Source of the DNA: Ignavibacteria bacterium
Lineage (GTDB): Bacteria > Bacteroidota > Ignavibacteria > Ch128b
Assembly (NCBI GenBank): GCA_016873845.1
Contig: VGVX01000002.1
Location: forward strand, 9,444-73,443
Length of the DNA stretch: 64,000 bases
Direction: 5' to 3'
A program made the position numbers and the translations under genes. The notes below the pieces were generated by a model. The model was not told the DNA's origin. It saw nothing but the letters and a program-made list of their open reading frames with translations, and searched no databases. Position 1 is the first letter of the stretch; the number at the start of each line of letters is the position of its first letter. Positions 49,685-59,059 of this stretch are shown piece after piece.

Positions 49685-50418
49685 GTAATAAACTTGATTG
49701 GTATAAAATATGGTTCGATTCTTCATATTATCGAGATGTTTATTCGCTTCGTAATGAAAATGAAGCGGTAGTTTTTCTAAATTTAATTGAAAAGGAAATT
49801 AGACCATCCGCAGATTGGAAAATACTTGATTTTTGCTGTGGAGCTGGCCGATTGAGTATTGAACTTGCCGAACGTGGATATACTGTCGATGCTTTTGATT
49901 TGAGCAAAAATATGTTGTCTATCATAAAGGAAAAATCGCAAAAAAAGAATTTCAAACTTAATCTCGACGTCTGTGATATGCGTGATTTCGATCAATTAAA
50001 TAAATACGATTTAACAATTAATTTCTTTACAAGCTTCGGTTATTTCACAGCGGAAGAGAATGACAAAGTTCTTTCTAATATGGTTAACTCTCTAAGGGAA
50101 AACGGCTGGTTAGTCTTAGACTTTTTTAACTCGGAACATATCAAAAACTCTCTAGTCGAAAGTGAAGAAAGCGAAAGACTTGGATTGAAAATAATTCAAA
50201 AACGTTGGATAGAAGGAAATCGGATCAATAAAGAAATAATCATTCGAAAAAACGGCAATTCGGATACATTCTTTGAGTCGGTGCACATGTATTCAAAAGG
50301 TGATTTAGTTAAGATGCTTGAGTTGCGAAACATGAGGATCCATAAACTCTTCGGTGATTACAGTGGAAGTAACTTTAATAGTAAAAGTCCTAGGACCATA
50401 ATTTTTGCACAAAAATGA
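49681..50418 (+). CDS. Class I SAM-dependent methyltransferase
   Basis: 'ILDFCCGAGRLSIELAERGYTVDAFDLS' is SAM-binding motif I. The acidic post-I residue is also present. Confidence 0.75.
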   Translation: MSNKLDWYKIWFDSSYYRDVYSLRNENEAVVFLNLIEKEIRPSADWKILDFCCGAGRLSIELAERGYTVDAFDLSKNMLSIIKEKSQKKNFKLNLDVCDMRDFDQLNKYDLTINFFTSFGYFTAEENDKVLSNMVNSLRENGWLVLDFFNSEHIKNSLVESEESERLGLKIIQKRWIEGNRINKEIIIRKNGNSDTFFESVHMYSKGDLVKMLELRNMRIHKLFGDYSGSNFNSKSPRTIIFAQK

Positions 50419-50996
50419 AAGTCGTAATTTTCATAGTGATATCGTTTGTTTTTGTCGGTTGCGAATTGTTCGAAACTCGAAAGCCTGAGGATCCAACTTC
50501 ACCCCGAACGAATTGGATTCCTGCGACGAGTGCCGGAATTCTTATTTCAAATTTTAAAAACTCTTTTAGCGATAAATCAACAGAGAATTACTTGAATTGT
50601 TTTGTTGACTCGATACTAACTGGAAAAACCTTCTCTTTCATACCTACAAGTGAGGGAGTAATATTATTTCCGACTCTATTCAGTAATTGGAATGTTACGA
50701 ATGAACGATCCTATTTTGAAAATATCAAATCCAAACTTAGAGAGAATTCTTCTTTCAGCTTATCTTGTTTTAGTGAAAACGAGGGAACAATTGCCGGAGA
50801 CAGTATGACTTATTCGGCTGATTATCTTCTGTTCGCTGAACATGGAGTTTCTGACATTCCAAAAGAATTTCATGGTCATATGCAGATGACCCTATTTAGA
50901 AATACACGAGGAGAGTGGGCTATCAGTTTTTGGCGAGATTCAAAACGTGATGAATTTCCGACCTGGAGTGAGTTAAAGGGGAGATTCAGCTATTAG
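50415..50996 (+). CDS. Hypothetical lipoprotein, paralogous to the next gene
   Basis: Lipobox 'FVGC'. The C-terminal 'GEWAISFWRDSKRDEFPTW' parallels 'EKWSITRWRDESNF' of the neighbouring ORF. Confidence 0.4.
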   Translation: MKVVIFIVISFVFVGCELFETRKPEDPTSPRTNWIPATSAGILISNFKNSFSDKSTENYLNCFVDSILTGKTFSFIPTSEGVILFPTLFSNWNVTNERSYFENIKSKLRENSSFSLSCFSENEGTIAGDSMTYSADYLLFAEHGVSDIPKEFHGHMQMTLFRNTRGEWAISFWRDSKRDEFPTWSELKGRFSY

Positions 50997-51006
50997 GATT
51001 TTTATT

Positions 51007-51495
51007 TTGATATTATCATCATTGTTTTTGTATAGCTGTTTCAATCCATTTTCGCCAGCATTTGACGATCAAATTTCTGATAATGGCGGATTATTGAGCG
51101 ATCAAAAAAATATCGAAGGTGTGTTTAAGAATTTCCAGTATGCTTATACTTTTAAGGACACAACAATTTACGGACAACTATTCGGTGGTAACTTCATTTT
51201 TATTTACCGCGATTATGATAAAGGATTTGATGTCTCGTGGGGAAGGGACGAAGATGTAAGAATCACTGGATTACTTTTTTCATCTACACAGAAAGTAGAT
51301 TTAATTTGGAATAATATTGTAGCAAGTACAATAGATTCTGCAAATGCAAATGTAATAAGAGGTTTTAATTTAACATTCACTTTTAACCCGACCGATATAA
51401 TTAGAATTGATGGACGGGTAAATTTAACATTAGAAAGAAACTCTGCCACCGAGAAGTGGAGCATAACAAGGTGGAGAGATGAATCAAACTTTTAA
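51007..51495 (+). CDS. Hypothetical lipoprotein, paralogous to the previous gene
   Basis: Lipobox-like 'LYSC'. It shares an aromatic-rich core and the 'W-x-I-x-x-WRD' C-terminus with the preceding ORF. Confidence 0.4.
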   Translation: MILSSLFLYSCFNPFSPAFDDQISDNGGLLSDQKNIEGVFKNFQYAYTFKDTTIYGQLFGGNFIFIYRDYDKGFDVSWGRDEDVRITGLLFSSTQKVDLIWNNIVASTIDSANANVIRGFNLTFTFNPTDIIRIDGRVNLTLERNSATEKWSITRWRDESNF

Positions 51496-51506
51496 CGAGG
51501 TTCAAT

Positions 51507-52919
51507 ATGCATATTAAATTTGGAACATCCGGCTGGAGAGCAGTAATAGCTGATCAATTCACATTTGACAACGTTTTGTTGATCACGCAAGCTATCTGCG
51601 ATCTTCTTAAGAAAAACAAGGAATCGAATCAAGGAATTATCATTTCAAATGATACAAGATTTTTGGGGGAAGAATTTAAAAGAATTGCCGCTGAAGTGGT
51701 TGCATCAAATGGAATCAAGGTGTATTTCACCGAGCGCGATACACCCACACCAGTTGTAGCATACGAAATTGTTCGACGGAAATTGGGAGGTGGAATTAGT
51801 TTCACGGCAAGCCATAATCCAGCAAAATATCAAGGGATAAAGTTCTTCGGTTCACATGGTGGTTCGGCATTTACCAAGAACACTCAATGGCTCGAAACAC
51901 GTCTCAAGTCAAAGAAGCTGAAAATTTCAAAAACTCATAGCTTTGAAACTTTAGTTGATAGAAAGAAGATCGAGATAATTAATCCGAGAAGAAACTATCT
52001 TAACTACTTAGGCGATATAATTGATTTAAAAGCCATCGCTAAATCAAAATTAAAAATTGCTTATGATGCAATGTACGGTACAGGCAGGGATTATCTCGAT
52101 ACATTTTTGATCGAATGCGGCTGTGATGTACGGACTCTGCATCATTATGCTGATCCTAATTTTGGAGGTGTTACTCCTGAACCTACTGAAGAAAATCTTT
52201 GGGAACTCTCTAAAATAGTCGCTAATGAAAAAAATTTCTTAGGTGTCGCTACGGATGGTGATGCGGATAGATTTGGCTTGATTGATATGGATGGTACTTA
52301 TTTCGATCCAAACTACTTTCTTCCAATTTTGCTTCGATATGTTTTAGAAACAAGACCGAACTGGGCTGGAAGCGCCGTTAGATCTTTAGCCACTTCTCAT
52401 CTGTTCGATATGGTGGCTTTCAAAAACAAAATCCGTGTTCATGAGACTCCTGTAGGATTTAAATACATAAGTGAAATTATGACTCGTGAGGAAGTTATTC
52501 TGGCTGGTGAAGAGAGCGGCGGACTGACTTTCTTCGAACATATTCCCGAGAAAGATGGTATTGCCGCCTGTTTACTAGCGATCGAGGTTGTCGCAAAAAC
52601 TGGATGCAGCCTCTCAGAATTATTGGATAATATTTACCGTGATTATGGTATGAGAGTTAATCTGCGGGAGAAAATTGAAATAGACGATAAGTTAAAATCG
52701 AAATTAGAAAAAGTCTTGAAGAACAAACCTCCAAAAAAACTTCTTGGGAAGAAAGTTGTTCGGACCGATTTGCGAGATGGTGTTAAGATGATAAATACCG
52801 ATAATGATTGGTTATTGATAAGAATGAGCGGGACTGAACCTATTGTTCGAGTCTATGCTGAGTCGAAGTCTAAAGAGAAAGCTAAAAAACTTTTAGACGC
52901 GGCAGAGTCCTTACTATAA
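51507..52919 (+). CDS. Phosphoglucomutase/phosphomannomutase family protein
   Basis: 'FTASHNPAKYQGIKF' is the active-site Ser loop (canonical form 'TASHNP'). 'GVATDGDADRFG' is the metal-binding loop. 'GEESGG' is the sugar-binding loop. Confidence 0.85.
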   Translation: MHIKFGTSGWRAVIADQFTFDNVLLITQAICDLLKKNKESNQGIIISNDTRFLGEEFKRIAAEVVASNGIKVYFTERDTPTPVVAYEIVRRKLGGGISFTASHNPAKYQGIKFFGSHGGSAFTKNTQWLETRLKSKKLKISKTHSFETLVDRKKIEIINPRRNYLNYLGDIIDLKAIAKSKLKIAYDAMYGTGRDYLDTFLIECGCDVRTLHHYADPNFGGVTPEPTEENLWELSKIVANEKNFLGVATDGDADRFGLIDMDGTYFDPNYFLPILLRYVLETRPNWAGSAVRSLATSHLFDMVAFKNKIRVHETPVGFKYISEIMTREEVILAGEESGGLTFFEHIPEKDGIAACLLAIEVVAKTGCSLSELLDNIYRDYGMRVNLREKIEIDDKLKSKLEKVLKNKPPKKLLGKKVVRTDLRDGVKMINTDNDWLLIRMSGTEPIVRVYAESKSKEKAKKLLDAAESLL

Positions 52920-53800
52920 TGCATATCTTTTTTCTACTAAAGGAAAGCTTTTCGGGGTATAGAAGGTTTAAGATATCTTTTATACTCTCGATATTTTCAT
53001 TGTTTGTTGCTTTAAGTCTTTTAGGTCTATTTGCTTATCTTTTCTTGAACGCTAAATTTCTAGTCGACGATGTAAAAAATCGGGTTGAAGTTGAAGCATT
53101 CTACAAAGACACAATAACTGAAACTGCTGCTAAAGATATTCAGGAGCAAATTAAAAGTTGGGAAGGAATTTCCGACGTTCACCTTATTACAAAGGGAGAA
53201 GCGAAAAATAGATTCTTATCCGAAACTGGAATTGATTTCAAAGATATTTTAACATTTAATCCTTTACCGGCTTCTATTACTATTGAGGTCAACGAAAAGT
53301 ATTTAAATCGTGAATTCATTGAAAACCTTAGAATTAAACTTCTTGAATCTGGAGCGATAACTGATGTGGTTTTTAATCAGCAGTTTCTAGATTTAATAGA
53401 ATCGCGTGCATCAACCTTTCAAACTATTTTAATTGTGGTTTTTTCAATTGTTATGCTTGCAACGATAATATTAATATCTAATACAATTAGATTAGCATTA
53501 TATAATAAAATTGATGTCATCAATACTATGAGGTTAGTAGGAGCGACACATAATTTTATAAAGCTTCCATTTCTAATCGAAGGAATAATTGTCGGAGTTT
53601 TAAGTGGTATATTTGCAGCGGCAGCGGTTTTTGTTTTTAATTATGCATTCAATAAAATTCTTATTGTTGAAAGTTATGTAGATTTTCGTAATTTACTTTT
53701 GTTATGTTTGTCCTTAATAATTCTAGGGGGGATTTTTGGATTTTTTGGTAGTTTCATTTCTATCAAGAAATTTTTTAAGCAGAGTGTTTTTCCAAAATAA
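52919..53800 (+). CDS. ftsX: FtsX-like ABC-transporter permease (cell-division FtsX family)
   Basis: A 293 aa N-terminal TM helix is followed by an extracytoplasmic domain and 3 C-terminal TM helices. The start 'LKESFSGYRRFKISFILSIF' is FtsX-like. No ftsE is adjacent. Confidence 0.65.
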   Translation: MHIFFLLKESFSGYRRFKISFILSIFSLFVALSLLGLFAYLFLNAKFLVDDVKNRVEVEAFYKDTITETAAKDIQEQIKSWEGISDVHLITKGEAKNRFLSETGIDFKDILTFNPLPASITIEVNEKYLNREFIENLRIKLLESGAITDVVFNQQFLDLIESRASTFQTILIVVFSIVMLATIILISNTIRLALYNKIDVINTMRLVGATHNFIKLPFLIEGIIVGVLSGIFAAAAVFVFNYAFNKILIVESYVDFRNLLLLCLSLIILGGIFGFFGSFISIKKFFKQSVFPK

Positions 53801-53876
53801 TTTTTGAAAAATTCAAAAACTAGATATAAAAACCGATTATTAACAGTGTATTCAGGTAGCCACCAACAATAATCAA

Positions 53877-56800
53877 ATGATTGATAACATAGCTTCAAAA
53901 GAAGAACGTATTCTTGAACAAGTCAAATTCTTTGATAGACTTCTCTGGGTTTTAAACAATTCTGAATTCAGTTTGAATGTCTTTCGGAACTTAATTGAGG
54001 AAATTGGGCTGTTCTTTAAAGTCAATCATGTTTACCTCATTAGATGCCGCAATATTAATTTCTGGGATTTGAAGTTTGAGTGGTTTTCAGATAAAAAGTA
54101 TTCTAAACTTTACTTGAATGGGAATTGGGAAAATTATCTTGCTCTTTATAGCTATTTAGGCACTGGTAATCATGTAAGTGATGATGACGTTGATATCAGT
54201 ATAGAACTAAGCAAGTGGAAATCACAATTTGCCGCCAATCATGTTCTGCTCATTCCAATCCTATCATCAAAAAAAGTTGTTTCAGTTTTTGGTTTCGCTG
54301 ATGTTGAGAAACGGTTCTTCTATGATGATGAGATTTTGATGTTGAAGCAATTTGTTAATTTTCTTCATTATCAGCTGGACACATTCGAAGCACTAACCGT
54401 CTTACGAAGCGGTAACGTAGAATTGAGAAATGAAGTTTCTGAATTATCAAACCAATTGAATTTGATTCCTGCGATGATAGCTCAAAAATCCTCCAACCTT
54501 CGATATGACAGCGTTAATGATCACCTCATCAGGATTTTTGGGCTTCGAAAATTTGATGTTATAGGTAAGACGGACATAGAACTTTTTCCAAAGGATATTG
54601 CTGCTAATCTACAAAGAAAAGATCTTGAGGCTTTTGAGTTAGATCAACCCACTACAAATCATCACGAAATTTCAATCAAAAAGAAGAAATACCATTTCGC
54701 TTATCATCGTATTCCATATCGTGATAGAAATGATAATTTGAAGAAGTTACTTATCGTTGCTCATGACATTACTGAAATGTTCAGTGCAAAAGTTGAATCG
54801 GAACTGGCATCAAAAGCAAAATCTGAGTTCCTCGCAAATATGAGTCACGAGCTGCGAACTCCACTAAACAGCATAATTGGCTTTACTGAATTACTTCTGC
54901 AGGATAATCTATCGAATGAACAGCACGAGACTCTTTCTAATATTAAACAGAGCTCTTATTCTCTTCTAGATTTAATAAATGATATTCTTGATTTAAATAA
55001 AATTGAATCTGGAAAATTTGATCTATTCCCAGTCAGCTTCAATATTCGGAAGCAAATTAATGAAATCACAAAGTTATTTGAACCAAGGGTACTTGAAAAA
55101 GGAATCAAATTTAAAACTAAAGTTGAAGAAAATGTTCCTCAAAATGTAGTGACCGATCCGCTGCGTATCCGTCAAATCTTGGTAAATCTGATTGGCAATA
55201 GTTTAAAATTCACTAAGCAAGGTGAAATAAATTTAGTAGTCCGAAATGTTCCGAGTAATCTGCTCGTTGAGAATTTCGCCGATATTGAATATTCTGTAAC
55301 TGATACTGGAATTGGAATTGCGCCTGAGAAATTAAATAAAATTTTTGAAGCATTTACCCAAGCAGAGAAGGATACTGCACAAAAATTTGGCGGGACGGGA
55401 CTTGGACTTACGATTTCGAAACGACTAATTGAAATGATGGGTGGAAGCATAAGCGTATCGAGTGAATTAGATGTTGGTTCAAGATTCTGGTTTAAACTGC
55501 CTGTGGAAGTTACTGATGTTAAAGGAGAAAAAGTCGAAGTTGTAAAAGAAGAAGTCGCAGAAAGTATTCAGATAAGAAAACCTGGTGAACCGCTTATTCT
55601 AGTTGTTGATGATGATATTAGTACTATAAGAGTATATGAAAATTCTCTAAAGTCAAAAAAATACAATCTCTTGATTCTGCAAAGCGGCAAGGATGTACTG
55701 TCTGTTGCAAAGAAACACCGGCCTGATGCGATTCTGCTTGATATTTTTCTACCGGAAAAAAATGGCTGGGAAGTTTTACGCGAGCTAAAATCGGATGTAA
55801 TAACAAAATCGATCCCGGTCATTGTCTGTTCAATTTTACAGGAGCAAAACAAAGCTCTTAATCTTGGAGCTGCTGATTATATTGAAAAGCCAATTGCACA
55901 AAATAGACTTTTGGAAATCCTCACCAACATTCATAAAACGCCACCGGACAAGAAAAGAATTGTTGTTGTGGATGACGATGTCAATGTCCTGAAGAGATTA
56001 GATAAATTGCTCGACAAAAATGAATACTTCGTCGAATGTTTTTCTGTTGCAGATATGGCCCTCGACAATGTTTTAAAAAGTTCTCCCCCGTCGTTAATCA
56101 TTCTTGATTTAATGATGGAAAGAATGGACGGTTTTGAATTCATCAAAGAATTAAGAAGAAGTTCTGAATACAACAAAACGCCGGTTCTAGTTATCACTGC
56201 ACGTGAATTGAACGATAACGAAACAGCATATTTACGCGAGAAGAGCAGTACAATAGTCAAAAAATCTGAGATAAGAGAAAAGGATTTTTTAAAAAGTCTT
56301 GATAAACTCTTAACCGGGACTAAAACTCCGTTAGCTGAAGTAAAACCGATTGAAGTTACACCTGCGAAATCCGAGACCCAAATTCCTTCACTTAATGTTC
56401 TGCTCGTAGAAGACAACTTAATGAACCAAAAGTTCATGTCGCACATTCTCAAGAGACTCGGTTCAACTTATGATATAGCAGTGGATGGAAGGGACTGTCT
56501 TGATAAATTGAATGGCGGCAAGTATGATTTAATATTGATGGACATTCAGATGCCAGTTATGGATGGCATAGAAGCAACGAAAGCTATCAGACAAGATAAT
56601 AAATACAAATATTTACCAATTATTGCGCTTACAGCCCATGCAATGAAGGGGGATAGAGAGAGATGTTTAGCTGCTGGATGCAATGGTTATATAACTAAAC
56701 CTGTTGATCAACAAAAATTAGTCGGAGAAATAATGACCGTGATTAAAACAACTGAACCTGAATACGAAGAAATTAGTCCTTACTTCCAAGGATTTGATAA

Positions 56801-57065
56801 AGAAGAAGTGATCCAATTTCAGACTGAATATATAGAACAGTTGAGAACTGAAATTTCTGAACTGGATAGAATTATGTCTCCGAAAGAGTTTGAAAAATTC
56901 AAGTTCTTTGGTCATAATATTAAAGGCAACGGTGTGGCGTATGGCTTCCCCGAGGTCTCAAAATTAGGTGCCCAAATCGAGAATTCATCAAAAGATCAAG
57001 ATTATGCATCCTTGTCAACAGCATTTGAAGAATTGAAAGAATGGCTCAAAAATGTAAAAATCTGA
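53877..57065 (+). CDS. Hybrid sensor histidine kinase: N-terminal GAF/PAS-like sensor, HisKA, HATPase, three receiver domains and a C-terminal Hpt domain
   Basis: H-box 'ANMSHELRTPLNSIIGF'. N, G1 and G2 boxes ('LVNLIGNSLKFT', 'DTGIGI', 'GGTGLGL'). Three REC domains with the conserved Asp/Lys ('LLDIFLPEKNG', 'ILDLMMERMDG', 'LMDIQMPVMDG'). Terminal Hpt 'HNIKGNGVAYGF'. Confidence 0.9.
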   Translation: MIDNIASKEERILEQVKFFDRLLWVLNNSEFSLNVFRNLIEEIGLFFKVNHVYLIRCRNINFWDLKFEWFSDKKYSKLYLNGNWENYLALYSYLGTGNHVSDDDVDISIELSKWKSQFAANHVLLIPILSSKKVVSVFGFADVEKRFFYDDEILMLKQFVNFLHYQLDTFEALTVLRSGNVELRNEVSELSNQLNLIPAMIAQKSSNLRYDSVNDHLIRIFGLRKFDVIGKTDIELFPKDIAANLQRKDLEAFELDQPTTNHHEISIKKKKYHFAYHRIPYRDRNDNLKKLLIVAHDITEMFSAKVESELASKAKSEFLANMSHELRTPLNSIIGFTELLLQDNLSNEQHETLSNIKQSSYSLLDLINDILDLNKIESGKFDLFPVSFNIRKQINEITKLFEPRVLEKGIKFKTKVEENVPQNVVTDPLRIRQILVNLIGNSLKFTKQGEINLVVRNVPSNLLVENFADIEYSVTDTGIGIAPEKLNKIFEAFTQAEKDTAQKFGGTGLGLTISKRLIEMMGGSISVSSELDVGSRFWFKLPVEVTDVKGEKVEVVKEEVAESIQIRKPGEPLILVVDDDISTIRVYENSLKSKKYNLLILQSGKDVLSVAKKHRPDAILLDIFLPEKNGWEVLRELKSDVITKSIPVIVCSILQEQNKALNLGAADYIEKPIAQNRLLEILTNIHKTPPDKKRIVVVDDDVNVLKRLDKLLDKNEYFVECFSVADMALDNVLKSSPPSLIILDLMMERMDGFEFIKELRRSSEYNKTPVLVITARELNDNETAYLREKSSTIVKKSEIREKDFLKSLDKLLTGTKTPLAEVKPIEVTPAKSETQIPSLNVLLVEDNLMNQKFMSHILKRLGSTYDIAVDGRDCLDKLNGGKYDLILMDIQMPVMDGIEATKAIRQDNKYKYLPIIALTAHAMKGDRERCLAAGCNGYITKPVDQQKLVGEIMTVIKTTEPEYEEISPYFQGFDKEEVIQFQTEYIEQLRTEISELDRIMSPKEFEKFKFFGHNIKGNGVAYGFPEVSKLGAQIENSSKDQDYASLSTAFEELKEWLKNVKI

Positions 57066-57212
57066 ATTGAGCAGATTAAGTAATATTTGAGATTACGTCA
57101 ACCCTTTTGTAAATTTACGTATGAAGTTTAGGAATAAGCTCAGCAATAGTCTGTTTTTCTACCTTCCAGATCTGTAAAAATAAATAAAACATTCACGAGT
57201 ATATTAAATCTT

Positions 57213-59045
57213 ATGTGTGGTATAATTGGTTATATCGGTGAAAATAAAGTCATTCCAATTTTAATTAATGGCTTAAAGCGTCTCGAATATCGCGGCTACG
57301 ATTCATCAGGAATTAGTTACATTCAAAAGAAGAAAGTAATTGTAAACAAAGCATCTGGTAAGATCAGCAATTTAGAGAAACTGATACAAGATTATGATGA
57401 GGATGCATTTATCGGCATAGGACATACTCGCTGGTCAACACACGGAGCCCCTACAAACGAGAATGCACATCCGCATTTTGATGGCGGATGTAAAATTGCT
57501 CTGGTCCATAATGGGATAATCGAAAACTATCGTATACTCAAAACTAAACTGAAAGATCTTGGCTATCAATTCACAAGTGAAACCGATAGCGAAGTAATTG
57601 TACATCTTATTTCATATTTCTTTGACAAAGAAAAATCACTTATCGAGGCAGTAAGATTGGCTTTGCACGAAGTTGAAGGCACCTATGGAATATGTGTTGT
57701 CTCCTCTCTTGAGGGCGACAAAATAATCGCTGCTCGAAAGGGGAGTCCACTAATAGTTGGAATCGGAGAGAATGAGCACTTTATCGCATCTGACGCTCCT
57801 GCAATATTAGAATACACAAACAATGTTGTATTTCTTGAAGATGGCGATGTTGCAGAGATATATAAAGATCACTTTAACTTAAAATCACTTGGTAACCAAA
57901 AAATAGACAGGGAAGTCGAAGTTCTCGATTTAGATATTTCCACAATTGAAAAAGGTGGATTCCCTCATTTTATGCTCAAAGAAATTTTTGAACAGCCTGA
58001 TTCCATACAAAATGCAATTCGTGGTAGAATTGTACTTTCGGCAGGAAATGTCAAACTTGGTGGACTTGAGCAAATTGTAGATGATTTAGTTAATGCACGC
58101 AGATTGATATTAACAGCATGCGGAACTTCCTGGCACGCAGCATTGGTCGGTGAATACATGCTGGAGCAATATGCAGAGATCCCAGTAGAAGTTGAATATG
58201 CGTCTGAATTTCGGTACAGGAATCCTGTCCTTACCCGAAATGATATTGTGGTTGCGATAAGTCAAAGTGGTGAAACGGCAGACACGCTTGCAGCAATTCG
58301 TGAATCAAAAAAACGAAACTCGACTGTACTCGGCATTTGCAACGTGGTCGGTTCATCAATTGCAAGAGAAAGTCAAGCAGGTGTATATATTCATGCCGGA
58401 CCCGAGATTGGTGTCGCTTCAACAAAGGCATTTACGTCGCAGCTCGCAGTTTTATCTCTGCTCACGATTCTTATCGGTAGAAGAAAGAATTTGAGTTTCG
58501 CATACGGCGAAAAAATTTGTCAGGAATTATTAAATCTTCCGAAGAAAATAACTCAAATTCTTCAGAAGCAAAGTGAGATTGAAGAACTCGCCGAGAAATT
58601 TTATAAAGCACCGAATTTTTTATATCTTGGCAGAGGTTATAATTTTCCGGTAGCACTTGAAGGTGCTTTAAAGTTAAAAGAAATTTCCTACATCCATGCA
58701 GAAGGATATCCTGCAGCGGAGATGAAACACGGACCCATAGCACTTGTGGATGAGAATATGCCGATTGTATTCATTGCAACAAAAGATTCCACGTACGACA
58801 AAATTTTATCAAATATAGAAGAAGTCAAAGCAAGAAAGGGTAGAGTTATTGCAATTGCGAGTGAAGATGATGATTCAATCGATTCAATCGTTGAGGATGT
58901 TATAAAAGTTCCAAACACTCTTGAAATGCTTTCTCCTATTTTGACAATCATCCCGCTTCAATTACTCGCATATCATATCGCCGTGAAAAAAGGTTTAAAT
59001 GTTGATCAGCCAAGAAATTTGGCAAAAAGTGTAACTGTAGAATAA
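57213..59045 (+). CDS. glmS: Glutamine-fructose-6-phosphate aminotransferase (isomerising)
   Basis: 'MCGIIGYIG' is the N-terminal nucleophile Cys. Two SIS domains are present ('SQSGETADTL'). The C-terminal 'VDQPRNLAKSVTVE' is typical. Confidence 0.95.
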   Translation: MCGIIGYIGENKVIPILINGLKRLEYRGYDSSGISYIQKKKVIVNKASGKISNLEKLIQDYDEDAFIGIGHTRWSTHGAPTNENAHPHFDGGCKIALVHNGIIENYRILKTKLKDLGYQFTSETDSEVIVHLISYFFDKEKSLIEAVRLALHEVEGTYGICVVSSLEGDKIIAARKGSPLIVGIGENEHFIASDAPAILEYTNNVVFLEDGDVAEIYKDHFNLKSLGNQKIDREVEVLDLDISTIEKGGFPHFMLKEIFEQPDSIQNAIRGRIVLSAGNVKLGGLEQIVDDLVNARRLILTACGTSWHAALVGEYMLEQYAEIPVEVEYASEFRYRNPVLTRNDIVVAISQSGETADTLAAIRESKKRNSTVLGICNVVGSSIARESQAGVYIHAGPEIGVASTKAFTSQLAVLSLLTILIGRRKNLSFAYGEKICQELLNLPKKITQILQKQSEIEELAEKFYKAPNFLYLGRGYNFPVALEGALKLKEISYIHAEGYPAAEMKHGPIALVDENMPIVFIATKDSTYDKILSNIEEVKARKGRVIAIASEDDDSIDSIVEDVIKVPNTLEMLSPILTIIPLQLLAYHIAVKKGLNVDQPRNLAKSVTVE

Positions 59046-59059
59046 TTATCGGAGGTCAA

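Noticed and set aside
57066-57212. Possible glmS ribozyme in the 147 nt leader upstream of glmS
   Set aside because: The leader is AT-rich and lacks the conserved GC-rich core and pseudoknot elements of the glmS ribozyme (for example the 'AGCGCCAGAACU...GGCGG' blocks). This lineage is not one where the ribozyme is expected.
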